Counted from the first letter of the stretch, positions 36,243 to 51,030 are shown. The stretch is DNA of 64,000 nt from Craspedostauros australis (GCA_030167865.1 JALAGF010004817.1:1-64000); one strand, 5' to 3'. Notes: generated by a model from the letters alone, not told the origin. Translations and numbers: made by a program.

Positions 36243-38327
36243 ATGAACAACAACATCAACGGTGGCGGACGCCGCCAAGCGCTTGGCAATGTGGACTTCT
36301 ATCGGCGGGTTCCCCGAGATTTGACGGAGGTACGTTTGTGTGACTTTGCGACGATGTTCGATGATTGGGGAACGGCCTTCTGCATTACCATCTGCATTTC
36401 AATCCCGGCATTGTGGCCAACGTCGTGGCTATGGCACCATGCTGTGATACGGTGCCGCACAAGATGGACACGACACAATGCTCTACTCTCCGATTATACA
36501 TTCAACCACTCTGTCTCTCTCTCTCTCTCTCTGGAGAGATTATTCATTTCTCTTGCTAACCTTTCATCTTGATCCATACCTCATCCGCACACTCAAACGC
36601 CTTGAAACGCATTGGAACGCATTGGAACACATCCCCAATTGCCATGCCTCACATAATATACCATCCGATGCACACCACTGATTCCGACCATCTTGTGACC
36701 TTCACATTTGGTGTCCCATTCATATGTACTGTGAATACAAATACTCGCACATCAAATGATCAACCATACGCATGGTACATGCTCCAACATGACTACATAC
36801 TCGGCGGCACAACGGGCACGTCGGACACCTGGCAACGCACTCGACCACGCACCATCCTTGGCTTCCCCGTTCTATCAATTGTTCGTTCATTGGCTCATTC
36901 AATCATCCATCCATCCATTCACACGGATGTGCATTCGTCCATTCGTTGTTTCACTCTCCCACTCACAGGCGACAACCTTGGGAGTTGCCATGTCCGTCTG
37001 CGCCATGGTCGTGATGGCCGTGCTCTTCTTCAGCGAAACGATAGCCTTCGCGCGTACCAGCATCGTCACCTCGATCGCGCTCGACGAGAACACGCAGCCG
37101 CAGCTCAGACTCAACTTCAATATCACCATGCTGGATGTGCACTGCGATTACGTCAGTGTCGATGTCTGGGACGCCCTCGGCACCAACCGTCAGAACGTCA
37201 CCAAGAACATCGAAAAGTGGCAACTCAATTCGGCGGGCGACGTGCGGTTATTTGCGGGACGCAACCGGGAGCAGCGCGAGCTCATACACGAGGAGCATGA
37301 CCAGACCCTGGACGAGATGCACGAGGCGGAGGGCGTCCACGCCATCGAGCTCGGCGACCAGAACTGGAAGAACTTCATGGAGCAGAATGAGATGGCCTTC
37401 GTTGACATGTTCGCGCCGTGGTGCGTCTGGTGCCAACGCCTCGCGCCCACGTGGGAGAAGTTCGCCCAGGAGGTCGTCAAGGAGGGCATGCCCATCGGCG
37501 TCGGAAAGGTGGATTGCATGGCCAGCTCGGACCTTTGCCGCAGGGAGAAGGTCATGGCCTTCCCCACCATCCGCTGGTACCACTCCGGCACCGGAATGCA
37601 GCCGGACTACAAGATGGATCGCACCGTGCAGGCCCTCATGGGATATGCCAAGCGCAAACTCCAGATGGATGAAAAGTTCAAGGAGTGGGACAAGAAGGCG
37701 GCGACCGACGGCGATTCCAACGAGGAGCGCGAGAAGAAGCGCGCCCTCTTTCAGCAGAATCGCCCGGAGCACCCGGCCTGTCAGGTCAGCGGACATCTCA
37801 TGGTCAACCGCGTGCCGGGCAATTTCCACATCGAAGCCAAATCCAAAAATCACAACCTCAACTCCGCCATGACCAACCTCACGCACATCGTCAACCACCT
37901 CAGCTTCGGTGAACCCATCGAGCTGCAATCGCGAAAGACGAAGCGCATATTGAAGCAGGTGCCGGAAGAGCACCGTCAGTTCAGCCCCATGGACGGCGGC
38001 TCCTACTTCACGAGGGACTTCCACCAGGCCTACCACCACTACATCAAGGTCGTCTCCACGCATCTCAACATGGGAAGCTCCTCCACCAACTCCATGACGA
38101 CCTACCAGTTCCTGGAGCAGTCCCAGATCGTCTACTACGACACCAACAACGTCCCCGAGGCGCGATTCAGCTACGATCTCAGCCCCATGAGCGTGGTCGT
38201 CGAGAAGGGGGGACGCAAGTGGTACGACTACCTCACATCTCTCTGCGCCATCATCGGAGGTACCTACACCCTGCTGGGCATGATCGATGCTGTCCTGTAC
38301 AAGGTCTTCAAGCCAAAGAAGCTATAG
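36243..38327 (+). CDS. PDI-C-type protein (ERGIC_N + thioredoxin + COPII-coated ERV domain; Erv41/Erv46 family); exons 36243-36329 and 36969-38327
   Basis: DFYRRVPRDLTE|ATTLG, thioredoxin APWCVWC, VNRVPGNFH, YDLSPM and LCAIIGG. C-terminus is KPKKL. Intron is GTACGT..CACAG. Confidence 0.92.
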
Positions 38328-39097
38328 ATATGGTATGCTGCGGCATGCTTTGGCGCGTAGTAGGGTATGATATGATACGATATGATAGCAACCGCCACTC
38401 GTTCCAATCCGGGAACATGTTGCTTGCGCTTTTGGCAATACATAGTACATGCATGGCGTGGCGAGTAAAGTACTCCACTCTAAGGAACATTTCATATGTG
38501 TGAATGTGATGTACAATCGTGCCAAGCGTGATCGGGCAATGGTGTTGCAGAACAGGAGGAATCTGGGCAAATTACGACTCCTCTTCCTACGTCAATAGTT
38601 CTGCTGATACGATACTGAAACAATAGAGTTACCCTCCCGAGGTTGTTCTATCTTGTTTTATACTCCCGACTCTCTCTGTCTGTCCAGAGTGTATTGGCAG
38701 AGCAACTGCCCTTGTGATCGTATTCGTGATATCACCATTGCTGCAAGTACGACCATGCTTCACGATGGACTCACCCCTCGCTTGAGTGCTCTCTGTTTTG
38801 CATCTTGTCCGCCAAGGAAAGCACGATCATGTTCTGCACGGCACACGCTGTTTCCCGCGTGACTTTCTCATCGTGGACGGTGGCACGATTGGGTGACAAG
38901 ACATCGTGGGTAACACGACAAAGACACGAGGAAATGTCCATCACCATGCGCGCGTACGAAGCACGAACAAAACCCAAAAGAACAGGGCGGTGCGAGCAAC
39001 AAGAAACACACACAGACAGACACACACGAGGGAGAAACAGGCAGAACTCTGCCGCCAACAGTTCCACAAACATCAACCAAGAAGAAGAGGAGCTGCA

Positions 39098-39189
39098 CCA
39101 AATCAAATCAAATCAAATCAAACAAGAGAAACAGCAACAGTCAGAGCAACAGCAACAGCAACAGTCAGAGCAACAGTCAGAGCAACAGT
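39098..39189. repeat. Compound microsatellite: (CAAAT)n followed by (CAGAGCAACAGT/CAGCAA)-type units
   Basis: Directly visible tandem units upstream of the RCC1-BTB gene. Confidence 0.85.
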
Positions 39190-39735
39190 AAGGAAAGGAG
39201 GAGGACTCGCACTTCAACGACATCTTCTGTTGGTCCACTTCCACTTTCATTTCTAACTCCATCTCCAAGCATCCAAAGCGGACGTGGCTGTCTTGGGACC
39301 ATCTCTGCTGGAGCACCGCAAAGCATCAAAGACCCAGAGAAGGACAAAAAGACACAACAAGAGAAAGTTCCCTCTCAGAACAGAAACGAGAGGAACAGTG
39401 CAGACACGACATCAACCAGCGACGCCTCCTGCTTTCTCCTGCGTTTCCCGATTATTCTGTTCCGAGGCGCCAGCGAATCTCGTTCAGTTCCTCCTGAATC
39501 ATTGCGATTCCAGCTTCCGCACAAACAGGATCAATACATCACATCAAACTACATCACATCAAAGCATAGAACATCATACAACATCATAACGTCCATTCTT
39601 TGCAGATCAGATCCACCGCAGCGACGCCGGCAGACTGTGTAGGCGCACAAACACAAAACAGCCGCTGCAATAGATACAGCAGTAGATACAGCGAGAGATA
39701 TCGCACATTCGCATTCGCAACCCCGACACACAACC

Positions 39736-42140
39736 ATGGCATCCTCACAGCAACGAGGCATCAGCAGCGGCGGAGCCTTGACGGCGGAATCTGAAGCCAC
39801 AGGATGCTCCCTCAGCGAACGACATAGGCCCAAGGCGCGCAAGGCCGTGGATCTCGATGGCCTCGTCGTCTTCACGTGGGGACGCGGTGAGGATGGGCAG
39901 CTCGGTCTCGGTGATACCAGCGATCAGGATGCGCCCACCTACGTCGATGCCTTGCGGGGCGTGGGCGTGCGGCAGATCGCCTGCGGTTCCGGACACACGG
40001 TCGTCCTCACGACGGATGGCGAAGTCTACACCTGGGGTGAGTTCTGGTGTTGGGCATGTCGCTTGTGGTGCTGCGCTGTGGTGGTATTGGGCTGCGGAAT
40101 GCTCTGCATGACAAGTGTATCGTATCTACGAGTACTCCTGATGTCCACGAAGTGTGTTCGGCTCTGCCCTGCTTTCGGGTCATCCTGCACCGCTGCGATC
40201 TCTCACACACACCGTTTTGCTCCGTTCGTATTATACCTATTATACATATTATGCTATGTTGAACTCTCGCTGGTATTCGCGCTCATGTCGCCATGTGCAC
40301 AATTCAATGTTGTATCGTCCACCACTCAATCAATGAACGAATCGACCGACCGACCGACCGACCAACTAACTATCCAATGGACAAATAACTGCATTATCTA
40401 CCCCCTCCAGGTCGCGGCGATGATGGGAGGTTGGGGCACGGAGACAATGGGTGGAAGTACGTCCCACGGATCATACAGAGTCTGGCAGGTCAGGTGGTCG
40501 TCCAGGTCACGTGTGGAAGTTATCACACAGCAGCAGTGACAGGAAATGGAGATCTGTACACATGGTACGTACATCCTGTTTGCGTCCTCTCGCAGGAGGA
40601 CGAACTGATCATGTGCTTTGGAGTGTGCGATGCTCTACTTGCACGCAATCATAGAAGTAGAACTCCCAATCCACGGTCAATGGTCAGCAACCGCCCCATT
40701 CTACTTGCACTGCGGCGACCCAACACTAACGATTCTCCCCTTCGTCTCTCCCACTTCCTCTCTCGCTCTCTCTTTCGCTACATCCATCGACGCACCTAAT
40801 CGTCTCGCAGGGGAGGAGGTATGTATGGAAAGCTCGGACATGGCAACGAGGCGGGGCATTCCACACCCAAACGGGTGGAGGGACTGACAGGACTGGTTGT
40901 GCAGCACATCGCCTGCGGTTCCAGGCATACTGCCATCGTCACATCCACGGGCGCTCTCTACACTTGGGGCGACAAGGAGAATGGCGTCGCCGGGCACGGT
41001 GATGTCGAGGGTCATCAGTACACGCCAAAGCTCCTCGACAAGCTGTCGTCCAAGAATGTCGTGCAGCTTTCGGCCTGCGGCTTCCACACGGCCTGCCTGA
41101 CCGATAACGGCGAGCTGTACACGTGGGGAGAAGGCAAATTCGGCAGGTTGGGCCATGGAGGCGAACGCAATTGCCATTCGCCGAGGCTAGTGGAGGAGCT
41201 GGTGGGCAAGATGCCAAGGCAGGTATCGTGCGGTGGCTTTCACACTGCCGTGGTGACGGAGGATGGGAAGTTGTACACATTCGGAGGCGGTGAGCACGGC
41301 CAACTCGGGCACAACGACCGCGTCAACAAGGTCAAGCCGACGCTGGTGGAAGGCCTGGCGGATATGTTCGTGTCACAAATCACGTGCGGGTGGTCCCATT
41401 CCGTCGCGCTTACCAGCAAGGGAGGAGTGTTCACGTGGGGCAATGGCGACCACGGCAAGCTCGGTCACGGATCGGAGAGGAAGGTATGCACACCCACGCC
41501 GGTGGACAAGCTCAATGACTTCCGCGTCGTGCGCGTGGCGTCGTACAATGAGCACACGGCGGCGCTGGTGGAGCCATTCGATCACAGCATCGACTTTGCA
41601 GGTGGCATCAACACGATGCCAGTCTCCACAACGTATTCTTCGAACATGCGGGCATTGGTGAACGACGATGAGTTCTCCGACGTCACCTTCATGGTCGACA
41701 AACAGCCCATCCATGCGCACAGAGCGGTACTGGCGCAACGGTGCGAGCATTTTGCCGCGATGTTCCGATCGGGGATGCGGGAGAGTGTGGAGAAGGTCAT
41801 CCCGATCCCCGACATTTCGCATCGCGTCTTCCTCATGCTCCTCGAGTACCTCTACGCAGACTCTGTGAAGATCGACGTCGAGCATGCCATCGAACTGTAC
41901 ATCGCCTCGGACATGTACCAGCTGGACCGGTTGCGGGAGATGTGCTGCACAGTGGTGAAACGCAATCTGAACGCGGAGAATTCGGCGCCGCTGCTGCAGA
42001 GCGCGGACGAAGCCCACTGCCACATCCTCAAGGAGGTGTGCATGACGTACGTCGTTGCCAACTTTGACACTGTCAGCAAGACGGAGGGCATCAAGCGGGT
42101 CAGCCATTCGTTGTTGCTAGAGATCCTGTCGCAGCGGTGA
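39736..42140 (+). CDS. RCC1-repeat plus BTB/POZ domain protein (RCBTB-like); exons 39736-40036, 40411-40564, 40811-42140
   Basis: Repeated TWG.G..G.LG.G / CG..HT blades, and BTB segment FSDVTFMVDKQPIHAHRAVL. Both introns splice in frame. Confidence 0.92.
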
Positions 42141-45100
42141 AATTAGGTGCGGCGCCGGCGATCAACGCAAGCACACTTTCAGCCAGCCAGACAACCAACC
42201 ATCTAATGCTTGCGTGGTGGATGAATGGCACATTGGAACGCGATGTGCCATCTCTGGAGAGCATCCCATACTGCATGTGTGGCACATGGCTGGGATGGAT
42301 CGTCGGCGTTCGCATTTGCAGCACATGCTGTCGATGAGACGCATGATGCCAATCTTTTTGTACTCTCTCTCTCTCTCTTATCGGGTTTTGTGCCCGGTTA
42401 TTATCCGAAGGAGTGGCTGCAGCAGTCGCTTTCGCGAACGCAATTGAAGCGCCAACACCAACAATATCAACCTGAGCATCGGGGCACGACGACGCAGTGC
42501 AGAGGAACATCTTGGGAAATGAGACGTACGTACATAATGGTGGATTGATAGGTGGATCGTGTCCGCTCCTCCGCTTGGACACAATACAGCCGTCGTCGCG
42601 ACCGCCACCGCGACTATTCGAAGCAGCACCCTTCGTCGTTGGGGTGGGGGTGGAAGTGCGGTGCGCGCATACATCATTCGCTTCATCCGGCGCGCCCATC
42701 CATCCATCCACCCACCACGCACCTCCTTGAGGACAGTCGCACGAGATCGAACACAACGTTGAACGGATCGTTTGTCACGACCTGTCCAAGCAGTTGAAGA
42801 CCGAGTGCGGATACTGTCCGCTTGTCTTGCCGCCAAGAGCGCATCGTTCCATTCGGTTTGCTACGGTTCGGCTCATACAATAGTACGAGCCATGCATATC
42901 GTCCGCCGCCCGTAAACACAGGACATGATAGAATCACGCCGTCACCATACTCACCCAGATGGTTGAGCCTGTCACCCATCTTTTTTCTCGAGAGGAGCGA
43001 TGCCGAAAGTCAGATGGCGACAACAGACGGCTCTGCCAAGAGCCATGGTGCCAAGTACCATTCCCGAGCAGCTGCCAAGCATCAGCATAACCATACTATT
43101 GTAGCAGTGCATTGTATTCCATCAATCAAGAATTCAATGCACGCAACGCTCGCCCACAGACAAAGGAACATGAAGGTGTCAAGACAACGTGATGTGCTGT
43201 GCGCTCTCTTGATGTCCATGGGAAGAGCATGCCGTGTCGCTTGATGGGCTGGTCTTGGAACCATGGTGCCAACCGAAGTGAAACGATGAACGAATTTTCG
43301 ATTGCTGTTGCCAATTTTTGAAACAAGGAGGACGTGCCCGCGAGACGAGCAACATGCCGAGTGCAACAAAGCTTGTCCCGTCAATCAACCACTGCGATGG
43401 TTGAATGGAAAATTGGAAAAGTCGGAGTGGAACAGCAGAGCAGGACAGGCCTTGTTGTTATCTGTGGTGATGCCAAATTGGAGAACAAGAGCCGTTGGAG
43501 TTGATGCGAAAAGCGCCAAGGAGCGGAATGAGTCATGAAGCATCGCAAGAGACGTCATGGACAGACAAATGGGGGAGGGAAGACGAAGGAATGCCATGGA
43601 CATATAATAATAGCAGAGTATGTACCATGTACGGAGAGTCCTTACATACGAGCGGAGAAGTGTCAACATCAATTGTGATCGATCCTCTCCTCGAGGGCGC
43701 TTGGCGCTCATTTTGTGATGTCCCAACGTTCCTCTTTTCTTCATCTCTTTGCAACTCCGCGAGGTTCGTCGCTCTGCCAGTGGGTGACCAATTTCAAATT
43801 CCAAGGAGGATCTTTCCATGCGTGAGAGGTGAAGGTCGGCAACGAGAAGGAAGAAATGGAGGCCGCGGAGTATCGATCGAGCGGATCCACATCGAGTGGC
43901 GCTCCAAAGTGGCGCGGGATGTCGATGGCATGTGAACGCATGGTCGGAGCAGTCGGAGTGCTGCATGGCTCCATGGAAAAGCACCGTTTCCTTGCTCTGC
44001 TTCTTTGTTTCTTTGTGGCTTTGGGTGCGCATGTTGACCGTTGGGGTTGTTCCTCTCCCTTGACCTTTCTCATTTTCGTTCTGCTGTCTCCGAGTCGTGG
44101 CAGTTTTGTAGTCTGTGTTGGCCTTGATCCGAGCCTCGCGAAGCGAAGGCGTCAGCTCAGAGGCAGTTTGCCGGCGGATAGGGAACACAACATGTGTTTC
44201 TCTCCATGGGGCTGATGCGTTGATTTGCTGACACAACCACACACATCCACATTTTGATCCGTTGATGCGTGGATGCGTTGATGCGTTGACATCAAAGGAG
44301 TTCGTTTGGTTGATGCTTGATCTGTGATGGTGGACATCGCACGACTCGAGAAGTCGCCACAACAGAAGCATCTGAGGATGACGGCGCCGTCATCTTTCGC
44401 TCTTCATCGTTGTGGACAACTGTGCCATGTTACGATTGTGCGATGGTAAGCTGATGGAACGTAACCCAACCGCCATCAATGATTATCGCGTCTTACATCG
44501 TGCTCTGTGGCCTACGACTAGTCACAGTTGTGCACCCAACACTGTTCACCCAACGGGCGCATTCTCGCTTCCGAGTTTTACGGCCACTCAGCTCAACGAT
44601 CGAATCCATCATTCTCGCATCCGATCAGGTTCTTGTTGTGTGGATGGTGACACGAGATGATGCAGTTGCAGAGCAAAGACAGCTGATTCGATTTTATCTG
44701 AAGAGAGACGGAAAGGAAGATAGAGATGCTCGTATCCATAGAGTCGAGTAGAATCGAGTAGAGTCCTTCAGATCATGATTCAATGCTGATGGGAAAGCAG
44801 ATGCTTGGCGATGGAGGACGACCCAGAGAGGTATCAACATGCCATGTGTGCGATGATCGAGGCCGAGTTGTGGAGCGTCTTGTCTATTCGTGCTTTACGT
44901 GTGTGATTAATGATGTACTCCCAGAGTGCGGGGACGCACGAGCAACTGTTGCGTTACCATTGGACCAAAGTGGATGTGGGTGATCCAGGTTCGTCGCTCA
45001 CCTCCGACGTGATTCATCCTGGACTCATTCATCGACCCAGAAAATGGAGCCAACACACAACAATGAGCGAACAGTTTTTATCGCTCGCACGAGTGACGCA

Positions 45101-47013
45101 TTGGCTGCGCGACGCCTGAAGCACTGGTGTGTGCGTCCTCCTGCGAGTGACTTCTGCTTGTATTGTGAGTGTTTGTATGGTGCTCAGCAGCTCGAAGACG
45201 TTAAATCGGACGGCAGAGCACGACCAAATTGTGAGCAGAGTGCGCGCACGAATCGATGTGCAAGAAAACGAAGAGCCACACAGCGCTTGCGTGATGGTGT
45301 CGCCCGTCCACACGAGCAGGATAAGTACTGTAAAGTACTCTATGCACGAATATAAGGTTCTCTGCGGCTCAAGAAGCGTGGTGTCACTGGCATCGATCAC
45401 CTTGATTCATAACCCCCACGACATGGCCAAATGACCAAGCCTAAATCGCCTGCCTGATGAAGGGCACAAACACCATTTCTTCGGTGTTGACATTTCTCTA
45501 CTCACGTGCAAGGACACAATAACGTCCGTAATAACTGCAACATCGGACAGTCGTGTCGGAACAGGAAAGTGGTTGTTGTTGGTTCAATATTAATATATTC
45601 GAGAATGGATGTTTTATATCCCCTGGATGCTCCGTACACTTAAGTGAAAGGTCGTTGGTGCTAAAAACCTGGTCACCTGCCCGCCCTCACTCTCTCAAGA
45701 GAACAGTGACAACGACACGTCAGTGCGCTGGAACGGAGTTTTGAAATTTCCTTGCGGCCTATTTAATTGTGTGTGCATCAGATTTTGCGTGAATGGGCTG
45801 TGTGCTAGTACCTGTCGCATTGATGGGTGCCTCACGCGAAGAAGAAAGGGAAAAGTGCGGAACAGAGAAGCAGAAGAAAAAGAAAAGACGGACATTCCTG
45901 CGCGCCAAAGAAACGGCAAAAGCATGCTCGCGAGTAGTAGTATGTGTGTTGTGGTGCGTGCTCTGTGTTGTGTGTGTCACTTCGTTCTTGGTGTTCTCGT
46001 CGTGTCGACATGTATCTGTGTGGGCCTTCCTTGTGTGTGTGTGTTGGTGTGTGTGTGCGTGTGTGCGTGTGTGTGGCGATCACGATGGTGGCGCCTTGTT
46101 CGTTTCTTGTTCAAAGCAGTGCTGCTGGTATCAATCATCCGTACGGCTCCACGCGACCGCACCCGTGCTCTTGGTCCTCCCATCCATCCATCCACCAAGA
46201 AAGAGACAAGAGGTGGGTCTGGGAGAAAGGTCGTCTCCGGCATCTTTGCAGCTGCCGTTTGTGGAAAAATCCGCACGGAATCCCACACACAAAGGAGACT
46301 CACTTGTTGGTTGGAAGAACGAGACGACGATAAGACACGACGTCGGAGTACTGCAACTGCTCCTGAGCTTAATCATAAGAACGAGAGACCACCGTTTGGC
46401 AATTCGCTGTCACACACACTCGCGAGGAAGTCTCTTTGCTGGAGGAAGGGCCACTCAACACTCCATTATCCACAGCGACAGCAGCAACGCAAGAGCAATA
46501 GCAATAGCAGCATTCGAGCAGAAGCAACAGCACCATCAACGACAACGACAACGACAACGGAGTCTTTGGCTTTGCAGCTGCATCGGAGGCTGACATTGAG
46601 TTGACGGCGTCAAGCGTCTGAAGCTGCCTGCTCTAAATACTTTGCCAACCCGCCCAAAGTACCTACTCCGCAAGGAGCGCCATTTCTCTTCGCGGACCAA
46701 GAAACAGATTGCGCGGCAAGATCAGCGCCAACGGAACGCAGCACATACTATCACATAACACCACACATACGACTACGGGTACATACATCACCGCATTGCT
46801 CCATCACAGAGCGCCATACATACATTCATCCATCCATCCACCCATCACACACCGATCCGTTACTGCCAATACTGCTACTTATACACCAAGCCACAGTAAG
46901 CCACAGTACCAGACGCAACTGGGGCATCAACAACACAGCAACACAATACCAGTGCAAGTGCAAGCACAAGTGCAAGTGCAAATACCAGTACGATCAACAA
47001 TACAAGTGCGAGG

Positions 47014-47151
47014 ATGGTGTCGATGTTGGCACGTAGACAGGTGTCTGTGGACCCCATGGTCGCTGTTCCCAAGGATGTGCACAGAAGTGCGGCTGCACCA
47101 TCTGGCGATCGCATCCATCAACGCAATCAACGCAATCAACCACACTTTCAG

Positions 47152-47183
<32 letters not shown>

Positions 47184-49971
47184 GGAGGAACAACCACAGG
47201 ACGATCCCATCCGCAAGGGCTCCACCGCTAGCGCATCCTCGGCATCTGCACCCACATCAACATCAACGTCAACGCCCAACAGTCTGAGCAACCAGGGCAG
47301 CAACGAACACAAGAAGGAGAAGAAGTCAACTCCGCTGCTGCCATCATCCCTGCGTCCAAAGATGACGACGAAGCGAGCCATGACCATCAGCACGTCAACG
47401 CCAGCCACCTCCATGAGCTCACCTTTCGTCCGGGGGCTGCCGCCCAAGTCGCCATCGTCGGCAACCTCATCACTGCGTCTCTTGGCTTCGCAGGCCACGC
47501 TGCGCGGTCGCAACAAGCGCAAGGACAAGCAGCGCCGTTCCAAGCGATCCGGCAGTAGAAGCAGAAGCCGCAGCAGCAGCCGCAGCAGCAGTCGATCCCA
47601 TCGCAGGGGGTCGTCGTCCACCAAGGTTGGGATTGACAATGGCGCGCAATCGGATGCTGGCATCAGCAACACCAGCAATCACAGCAGCGCCTTTTCCATC
47701 ACGAGCAGCACCAGCAACCACAGCTCCAAAAGCAAGAGCAGAAGTAGAAGCCGCAGCGGAAGCAGAGGCAGGTTCAGAAGCAGCAGCAGCAGCAACAGCA
47801 ACAACAGCACGGGATCTGTGTCTGCATCGCCGTTGGACTCTGTCTCCACGGACCAGCAATCAGTGATGGTTGGCAACACGCCTGCCTCCAGGCCGCAGCA
47901 TCTCTTCGGTCTTGGCCTTGAGCTTCAGGATTCCCTCGCGGAGCTCTTCCTCGATGATCAACCCAATTCTCTCAGGGCAGGTGGCAGCAACAGCGCATCG
48001 AAGATGATGACAAACACAGGAACCGGCGCTGCAGAACACAGTACTGACGCGCAGTCTCAGTCGCAGTCGCAATCAGGGAAGCAGTCGCAGTCTTCGTCTC
48101 CGACGTCGGTGGCTACGCATGACCTCGTCTTCGGCATGGATGAACCATCCTCGCTCTCCTTGTCGCAAACCACTGACTCGATCGATTCCACGAAACGTCG
48201 AGGCCACAGGCGATCCAGCAGCTGGAGCTCCGCCATGTTCGACGGTTGGGATGCGAAGGAGGAGAAGAAGAGTGACACGGACGATCGGGAGTGCGCATCA
48301 TCGTCGCAGCATCAACAGTCGCCGAACCATGGAAGAACGCATTCCCTTTCGCAGATCGATCATGGCGCGGAGCGCGATATGGACGGAACGTCGAGCAAAA
48401 CGTGCATGCCCAACTTCCTCAAACGCCTCACATCACCGTCATCCAGGAACCGTCAGTCCAAGATACCCTGCGCGGATGTTGCCTCGTTGGGCAACGCAAG
48501 CGACACCATCCTCGAAACAGGCGCATCTGGTCGTGAGATGCACGAAGCGGCGAAGTCAGCGCTCAATGCGGGCGACTTCATCACGGCGCGCAACATGTTC
48601 ATGGCGATCCAACGCGCGCAGCTTGACCGGTTCGGTCAGGATCATCCCAGCGTCGGTGCCGCCATGCACAACGTGGGCGTCGTGCAGCTTCGAATGGGAC
48701 ACCACCTGGATGCGGAGAGGACGTTGCAACGGGCAGTTTACGTGCGACGCACTGTCTTGGGTGCCGAGCATGTGGATGTTGCGGTAAGTTGCTTGCTCTA
48801 TTCGCATGCACCTCGAACGCCATGCCATGCCATGACTGTGCTTCCAATGCTCGCTCACTGACTCACGCACTCATGCTATCTCTCATCACAATCACATTAT
48901 CATGCTTTCTCTGCCACTCTCACAACAGGCAACGCTGTACAAGCTGGGGTCTTCAAGGATCGTGCTGCAAAAGTTCGAGGAGGGCTTGCATGACTTGAAC
49001 GAGGCACTGCGGATCAACAGATCGCAGCTCGGCAATGATCACAAGCTCGTCGCTCAGACCATGTGCCAGATTGCCTGCCTTTACTTCGAGGCCGGCGAGC
49101 TGGAGGCAGCGCAGGTCACGTTTGAGGATGCGCTGGACATCTTTCGCGACGTCTTCCAACGCGAGACCCAGCTGTACGGGCAGACCGCCAACGTGTACAA
49201 CCCGGTCGACATCACCAACCGTGACACCATCATGGCACACATCACGGATACGCTCTGCAACGTCGGTTCCATCCAGAACAAGCGCAAGCAGCACTCCGAT
49301 GCCATCCGATCCTTCGGCGAGGCCTTGGATGTAAGTTCAATCCCATGCCTGCGCATCAACAGCTCCTGATTCCTCTTTGCTTGTTTGCAATATGCGGCAT
49401 TCACACTCACAACAACCATCATCATCATCTGTACTCTCTCTCTCTTTCATTCGCGCAATGGATGATATGAATGTGTGTGTGTCCTTGTGTATGAATTCAA
49501 CAGTTGCAACGAGGCATCATGGGTCACGACCACCCTCGGGTGATTGCCACCCTGGACAATCTGGGATACTCATACTCCAAAGGCAAGAACTACCAGCAGG
49601 CTCTGTCATGCTACAGGGAGATGCTAACTGCTCAGATATCCAACAACAACAACACCTTCACGCAAGAATGTTGCGTCACCCTGCAGAAGCAGAACTACAT
49701 GCACATCAAGCTGCGTGACATCGATGGCGCGATCGACCACACAAAGCGAGCTCTCGCCATGCTCTACGCAACCGCGAACCAAGAGCAGCAACAACAGCAC
49801 GGCTCGTCAGCTTTCTCCTCAGCCTCATCCACAACCACAGCTTCTACCACATCCAGTAACAGCAACAGCAACCCTGTTCTGGAAACCACCGAGCAGATCC
49901 TGTCCGATCTCCTCCTCAAACGCATCAAGAAGCAAAGGTCCAAGAAGGGCTGCGGCAAGGGTTGCTTCTAG
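47014..49971 (+). CDS. TPR-repeat protein (kinesin-light-chain-like TPRs) with a long Ser/Gln-rich N-terminus; exons 47014-48783, 48929-49330, 49504-49971
   Basis: Repeats G.DHP.V..A.HNVG, LG.EH.DVAATLYKLG and MGHDHPRVIATLDNLG. Both introns are phase-0 GTAAGT..CAG. Confidence 0.85.
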
Positions 49972-50635
49972 AGAGAAGACCATCCATGTTCGCACCATGC
50001 AGAAAGCTTGCCACGCCTGTGATAGGAACCACTCGCACGAACAGACACACCATAGAAAATCAAGTCCTATTCCACAATTCTACATTGATTAGTTGTACGA
50101 CATTCTGCCACAATCCTTCAGACGCTGCAACATCCCTCCACCATGGTCGCTTTCTTCCGACACTCCTTGAGTCAGCGGGCCCTTCGCTCTCATCTTGGGA
50201 AAGATCGTTGGCCTTCCCTCGACGAAAGTAAAGAACAGAAACACGCCCAAACGACGCTTGTGTGCACCCGCCTGTCTCACAATTGATGCGCAAGTTGAGA
50301 GAACTGCCGAGCATCTGCCGTCTTCGTCGCTCCGCATGCGCCCAGTGAAGCCATAGCCGCCGAAAAATAGTTCCCCTATCTTCGGCGAGGCCTGCCAAAC
50401 CAGAAGCGGAAGTTGTGTCCAACTGCCGTTCGTTGTGTTGTTGTCGACAAAAATTCCATCCCCAAAGCCAATGATCGGCACGACCAGAGAGGTTGGTTGC
50501 GGCAGAAGATGAGATCAAGATCGAGGAGCGTTGTAACTAAGAGAGTTAGACTGTGTCGTCCATGAGGAGCCATGCGTCGCCATTGAACTTTAGCAGCTAT
50601 GTGCTCGTGATGGTAGATGCTTCAATTACCTATGA

Positions 50636-51030
50636 TGTTGCCTTGGAACAGAGGAGTCTGCTCAGATACGACGTGTAGAACGAGGACACACTAAGTAGAG
50701 AACCGAAACAGACAGACACTCTTTGAATACACACACATACATATTCATACAGACATACAGGTCTGAATACCACAAACAGTCATTCGTGACACACTCGTGA
50801 ATAAATATCCATTCGTGTGAACAAACATAGATAGTCCCTAATCGAATCATGTTTACAATGCTCTTGACTGTTGATGAATCTGGATACACGGTCACGGACA
50901 TGACTGTTTGAAAATGAGACGACCGTACTCCGAATACGGAAGATATACAGACAAAATATTGTGCAAATTAAAACGCAGTGATCTTCTTCTACCTGCTCTA
51001 TACTCTACCTTGATCCACAAGTACAGAACA
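50636..51030. mobile_element. Probable solo LTR (395 bp)
   Basis: AT-richer block with inverted termini TGTT...AACA. It is flanked by the 5-bp near-identical direct repeats TATGA (50631-50635) and TACGA (51031-51035). Confidence 0.6.

Noticed and set aside
36595-36630. 10-bp tandem repeat (GAACGCATTG-like) in the PDI-C intron
   Set aside because: An ordinary short slippage repeat with no sign of function.
44975-45010. GGTTCG T-loop-like motif suggesting a tRNA
   Set aside because: No cloverleaf or acceptor stem can be formed.
45481-45546. TGTTG..CAACA flanked by TCGG direct repeats
   Set aside because: It is only about 58 bp, too short for an LTR, and likely a chance match.
42140-47013. 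Many 60-330 aa ORFs in the long intergenic interval
   Set aside because: They lack coding-like composition or motifs, and several derive from TG/CA microsatellites.
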